From the sequence record DRR378314_1432: DNA of 33,092 nt; one strand, written 5' to 3'. Within the stretch, counting starts at the first letter, position 1; every line of letters begins with the position of its first letter. Below, piece by piece: positions 29,854-33,092 of this stretch. The notes under the pieces are model-generated. The model was not told where the DNA came from. It saw only the letters and a list, made by a program, of their open reading frames with translations, and did no database searches. The position numbers and the translations under genes were made by a program.

Positions 29854-30513
29854 ATGCCCACTCCACACTCTCATCAAGCAGTATCTTGGCGACTACCACA
29901 ACACGCCGCACTGGATACCGACATCAGCGTGCTTCCGCGTATATTTGAAGAGCAGATTAACATCGCTATTCTGCACCGCGCTCTGCCCGCCGATGTGGCG
30001 CTTAGCGCAAACGCACAGAGCCAGACATCGCGCGACTGGCAGTATGCATGGCTTGGCAGCCCGACAGATGACTTTAAAAATGACTTGCGTCGCAAGCTCC
30101 CAGAGCCCTCAGCAGGAGATGCGTTGGTTGACGATATCGCAACCATTGCTGAAGCCATCGCATTCCTGTTTGATACCGATACCGTGGGCATTCGTCTACG
30201 CTTATTAACAGCGGCGATGTGCCCACGTTTTCACTGCGACAACCTGCCGGTACGTTTAGTGACCACCTATGTCGGCCCGGGTAGCGAATGGTTACCTGAA
30301 AATGCGCTTAACCGCGCAGGGCTAGGTGCCCCAACGCCTGATCGCCCAGAGATTATCAGCGACCCAAGCGCTATTCAGCGGTTGCATGCCGGTGATATCG
30401 CGTTGCTAAAAGGCAGCGGCTGGGAGGGCTGTGAAGAGCATGGCTTAGTGCACCGCAGCCCCTCTTTGGAGGCAGGTCAAAAGCGGCTATTGCTAACGAT
30501 AGACCCCGCTTGA
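29854..30513 (+). CDS. DUF1826 family protein
   Basis: AMCPRFHCD, RLVTTYVGPGSEWL, LLKGSGW, GLVHRSP, RLLLTID; AGGAG SD. Confidence 0.88.
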   Translation: MPTPHSHQAVSWRLPQHAALDTDISVLPRIFEEQINIAILHRALPADVALSANAQSQTSRDWQYAWLGSPTDDFKNDLRRKLPEPSAGDALVDDIATIAEAIAFLFDTDTVGIRLRLLTAAMCPRFHCDNLPVRLVTTYVGPGSEWLPENALNRAGLGAPTPDRPEIISDPSAIQRLHAGDIALLKGSGWEGCEEHGLVHRSPSLEAGQKRLLLTIDPA

Positions 30514-30524
30514 TCGACTTACCC

Positions 30525-30558
30525 CTGTCACTAATTCGTCACTCCCCCCTGATAGGAT
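30525..30558 (+). promoter_or_regulatory. PHO box with downstream -10 element
   Basis: CTGTCAC-TAAT-TCGTCAC (30525-30542; consensus CTGTCAT-AWAW-CTGTCAY), then exactly 10 bp, then TAGGAT (30553-30558) preceded by TGn. Confidence 0.68.
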
Positions 30559-30583
30559 TTATCGAATTAAATCGCTTACGGGA

Positions 30584-31297
30584 ATGGTCATGGATAACAA
30601 ACTACTGCTGGCAGGTGTAATAAGCATCTCGATGTTAACGTCGACGGCGTATGCTGAGTCATTAGGCAATCTAGCCTTTTCTGACACAACGCCCTATACC
30701 TCAGACATGACCCTAAAAGATGATTTCACCATTGCCGGTGATGACGATTTAATGGCGATGGATGCCATTAATAGCAACGGTTATGCCAACGCCATTATCG
30801 AAATACCCACAGGCACGTCTGCCAAATGGGAAGTTAGCAAAGAGGACCCGAATGCGGTTTATTGGGAGTATAAAGACGGCGAGCCGCGCGTTGTAAATTA
30901 CCTGGGTTATCCCGGCAATTATGGCGCCATCCCGGGTACTGCCCTGCCCAAAGAACTAGGCGGTGACGGTGACCCACTCGATGTGATCGTCTTAGGCCAA
31001 GCGTTACCGCGCGGTGAAGTCGTTGATGTACGTGTTATTGGCGTTTTAAAAATGTTAGACGACGGCGAGCAAGACGACAAACTGGTGGCAGTACTTACCC
31101 AGGATTCACCGTTTGCCCATATTGAAAGCATGCAGCAACTCGATAGTGAGTTCCCTGGTGTTAGCCAGATTGTTGATATCTGGTTCGCGAATTACAAAGG
31201 CCCTGACGGTGGTATGGAAGGTCTTGGGTTTGAAGACGCCGAGTCAGCGTTAGCCGTACTAGCAGCAGCTGCTGAGAATTTTTCAGCCACGCAATAA
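30584..31297 (+). CDS. ppa: Family I inorganic pyrophosphatase with an N-terminal signal peptide
   Basis: EIPTGTSAKWE, YPGNYGAIPGT, DGDPLDV signature, DDGEQDDKL, WFANYK. N-terminus MDNKLLLAGVISISMLTSTAYA-E. The start may be 30590. Confidence 0.88.
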   Translation: MVMDNKLLLAGVISISMLTSTAYAESLGNLAFSDTTPYTSDMTLKDDFTIAGDDDLMAMDAINSNGYANAIIEIPTGTSAKWEVSKEDPNAVYWEYKDGEPRVVNYLGYPGNYGAIPGTALPKELGGDGDPLDVIVLGQALPRGEVVDVRVIGVLKMLDDGEQDDKLVAVLTQDSPFAHIESMQQLDSEFPGVSQIVDIWFANYKGPDGGMEGLGFEDAESALAVLAAAAENFSATQ

Positions 31298-31332
31298 TCT
31301 GATTAAATCAAACCGTCGTATTTTAAATCGCT

Positions 31333-31370
31333 TAAACATCACTGCTCGATTGATAGAGCAGTGATGTTTA
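31333..31370. terminator. Perfect 15-bp inverted repeat downstream of ppa
   Basis: TAAACATCACTGCTC-GATTGATA-GAGCAGTGATGTTTA. Confidence 0.65.
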
Positions 31371-31428
31371 TACCTTTCCCCATGCTTAACGTTATTGGGC
31401 GTTTTCCAATGGTTAATGACCCAACACT

Positions 31429-31452
31429 AAAACGCCCCCATAAAGGAGGCGT
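31429..31452 (-). terminator. Possible terminator after luxS
   Basis: Minus strand ACGCCTCC-TTTAT-GGGGGCGT followed by TTT. Confidence 0.45.
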
Positions 31453-31483
31453 ATTGCTGATATTGCATGCTTTCATTTACTGC

Positions 31484-31951
31484 TTAAGCAAATACGTCAG
31501 TCCACTCACTGCGCTTAGCCAGCAAGCCTTTGGCTAGCGCTTGGGCACCTTCCAGGCTGTGACTGGCGGCCCAGCCGCACTGCATCTCATTACAGGCGGG
31601 TACTTCCGTGGCAGTCAGCACATCGTTGAGCGTTTGCTCGATAATGCTTAGCACGCCGTCATAATCGTCGTGGTTAATCATCGCGATATAAAAACCGGTT
31701 TGGCAACCCATCGGGCTGATATCAACCACTTTATCGGTGTGATTACGCGACATTTCAGCCATCAGATGCTCCAGGGAGTGCAGCGCAGGCATCTCCATGT
31801 GCTCTTTGTTGGGCTGGCAAATACGCAGATCATACTTGTGGATACGGTCGCCATTTTGGCCTTCTTTAATATCGGCCAAACGCACGTAAGGTGCTTTTAC
31901 CTTGGTATGATCCAAGTTAAAGCTTTCGACGTTCATTTTCTTTTCAGTCAT
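31484..31951 (-). CDS. luxS: S-ribosylhomocysteine lyase (AI-2 synthase)
   Basis: [39 protein letters not shown] 31951 follows GGAG. Confidence 0.96.
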   Translation of the reverse strand: MTEKKMNVESFNLDHTKVKAPYVRLADIKEGQNGDRIHKYDLRICQPNKEHMEMPALHSLEHLMAEMSRNHTDKVVDISPMGCQTGFYIAMINHDDYDGVLSIIEQTLNDVLTATEVPACNEMQCGWAASHSLEGAQALAKGLLAKRSEWTDVFA

Positions 31952-32005
31952 GTTGGCTCCGTCATCTAGGTACAACGCTTACTTATTCTACACCGTTACC
32001 GCTTT

Positions 32006-32359
32006 TCACACCTTGGGAGCGTCGAAATTCCACGGCTCGTCGGTATAAACACACACGTTGGCATCTTCAATATCGCCGTCGGGTGACTCGACGTGCTTAG
32101 CGAAAAAATCTTGTATCTCTTTGCGCTGACAATGGGCTTCAAACTCTTCTCGGCTGGCCCAGATTTCATGAAACACGATCGGGTAGCTGGTGCCCTGGGC
32201 AAACGGATTGTCGATTTGCCGAGTCACAGTGTAGTGAATACAAGCATCTTCGCGATGGGTGTTTGGCTCTAAAGACTGCAGCGCTTTAAATACCGCTTCT
32301 TCTTTTCCCGCTTTGGGCTTAAAGCTGGCGATACAGTAAATTTTTTCCGACATGGTCAT
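32006..32359 (-). CDS. ABM-domain protein (putative quinol monooxygenase / LsrG-like fold)
   Basis: IASFKPKAGKEE, THREDACIHY, FHEIWASREEFEAH pattern of the ABM family. Confidence 0.78.
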   Translation of the reverse strand: MTMSEKIYCIASFKPKAGKEEAVFKALQSLEPNTHREDACIHYTVTRQIDNPFAQGTSYPIVFHEIWASREEFEAHCQRKEIQDFFAKHVESPDGDIEDANVCVYTDEPWNFDAPKV

Positions 32360-32414
32360 ATCCTAAGCGGTTAAGTTGGCATCATTATGCGGCCTGTCGG
32401 TGTGGGTTAACAAC

Positions 32415-33092
32415 CTAACGGCTCATTCGTTCAGCCAGCATTTCCAAATCTGGCACTGTCATATCCGGCTCTCCTCCCCAGGGGTCGAAGGGCGCATCAG
32501 GGTGACGGCGCACCCAGGCGCTATGTAAACCTGCATGCGTTGCTCCAATCACATCAAAAGGATTGCTTGAAATTAGCCAGGTATGTTCTGGGCGTGCTTC
32601 TAAACATGCGCGTAAGTAGGCGTATACCGCAGGATCAGGCTTGAAGCGCTTAACGTCATCAACACTTACCACCGCATCCATGTGGTTTTCCACGCCTGCG
32701 CGGGCCAGTAGCTTAGTGACAGCTTCTTGAGTGCCGTTAGAAAACGCCACGCAGCGAATTCCAGCATCACGTAGTTGATCTAGGGCAGGCAGCACATCTG
32801 GGAATGCAGGTAACTCCGCATAAACCGCCATTAAGTGGTCATGGTCGTTATCAGAAAGACCGCTTTGCATCGCACGATCAGTGAACAGTAATGCCTCCCG
32901 GATGCACTCCGAAAACGGCACATAGGCTCCCATCAAACCATGGCGAAAGCTGTATTCCAGCTGTTTTTCCCGCCAGCGCTTAGCAAAATCCCCAGCTTTG
33001 GCGGCGTCACTGAGGCGGCGCTCCAGCTCAACCGTTACCCCTTGGGTATCAATGAGCGTGCCGTATACATCAAAAGCAAGTACCGGTTGCAT
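32415..33092 (-). CDS. Haloacid dehalogenase type II (L-2-haloacid dehalogenase-like)
   Basis: AFDVYGTLID, WREKQLEYS, FSNG, FKPDPAVY, SSNPFDVIGA. The ATG lies at the very edge of the window. Confidence 0.88.
   Translation of the reverse strand: MQPVLAFDVYGTLIDTQGVTVELERRLSDAAKAGDFAKRWREKQLEYSFRHGLMGAYVPFSECIREALLFTDRAMQSGLSDNDHDHLMAVYAELPAFPDVLPALDQLRDAGIRCVAFSNGTQEAVTKLLARAGVENHMDAVVSVDDVKRFKPDPAVYAYLRACLEARPEHTWLISSNPFDVIGATHAGLHSAWVRRHPDAPFDPWGGEPDMTVPDLEMLAERMSR

Noticed and set aside
32415-33092. Functional link between the haloacid dehalogenase (or the fluoride-sensitive PPase) and the Fluc pair as a defluorination system
   Set aside because: The genes are 13-15 kb apart with many unrelated genes between them and share no visible regulatory signal.

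Overview
A chromosomal window from a moderately GC-rich gammaproteobacterium; gene content and order suggest Halomonadaceae (inference). The left ~9 kb is the conserved ftsB-ispD-ispF-truD-surE-pcm-DUF368-nlpD-rpoS block, followed by an alanine racemase and the truncated start of an LpxL-family gene that the ORF track missed. The middle holds metabolic and regulatory genes (GNAT/DUF482, aldehyde dehydrogenase, hexR, RidA, Lrp divergent from leuA) and an anion/stress cluster: sulP-usp, an oppositely oriented fluc-fluc-acr3 cassette, and a second usp with a 4-Cys DksA/TraR gene. The right side has a short-form isocitrate dehydrogenase, an ECF sigma/zf-HC2/DUF3047 operon, a soluble PAS-PAS chemoreceptor, a 1-Cys peroxiredoxin, a CNNM protein, a zinc-starvation locus with a Zur box (dksA2-COG0523-folE2 / DUF1826), a pyrophosphatase with a signal peptide, and a HAD-ABM-luxS cluster. 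No rRNA, tRNA, CRISPR array or mobile element was seen. The best leads are (1) an unannotated 15-codon leader ORF ending Met-Thr-Pro-Pro-stop in the long structured leader of sulP-usp, (2) an apparently exported family I pyrophosphatase behind a well-spaced PHO box promoter, and (3) a Staphylococcus/Helicobacter-type luxS adjacent to an ABM-family (LsrG-fold) gene.
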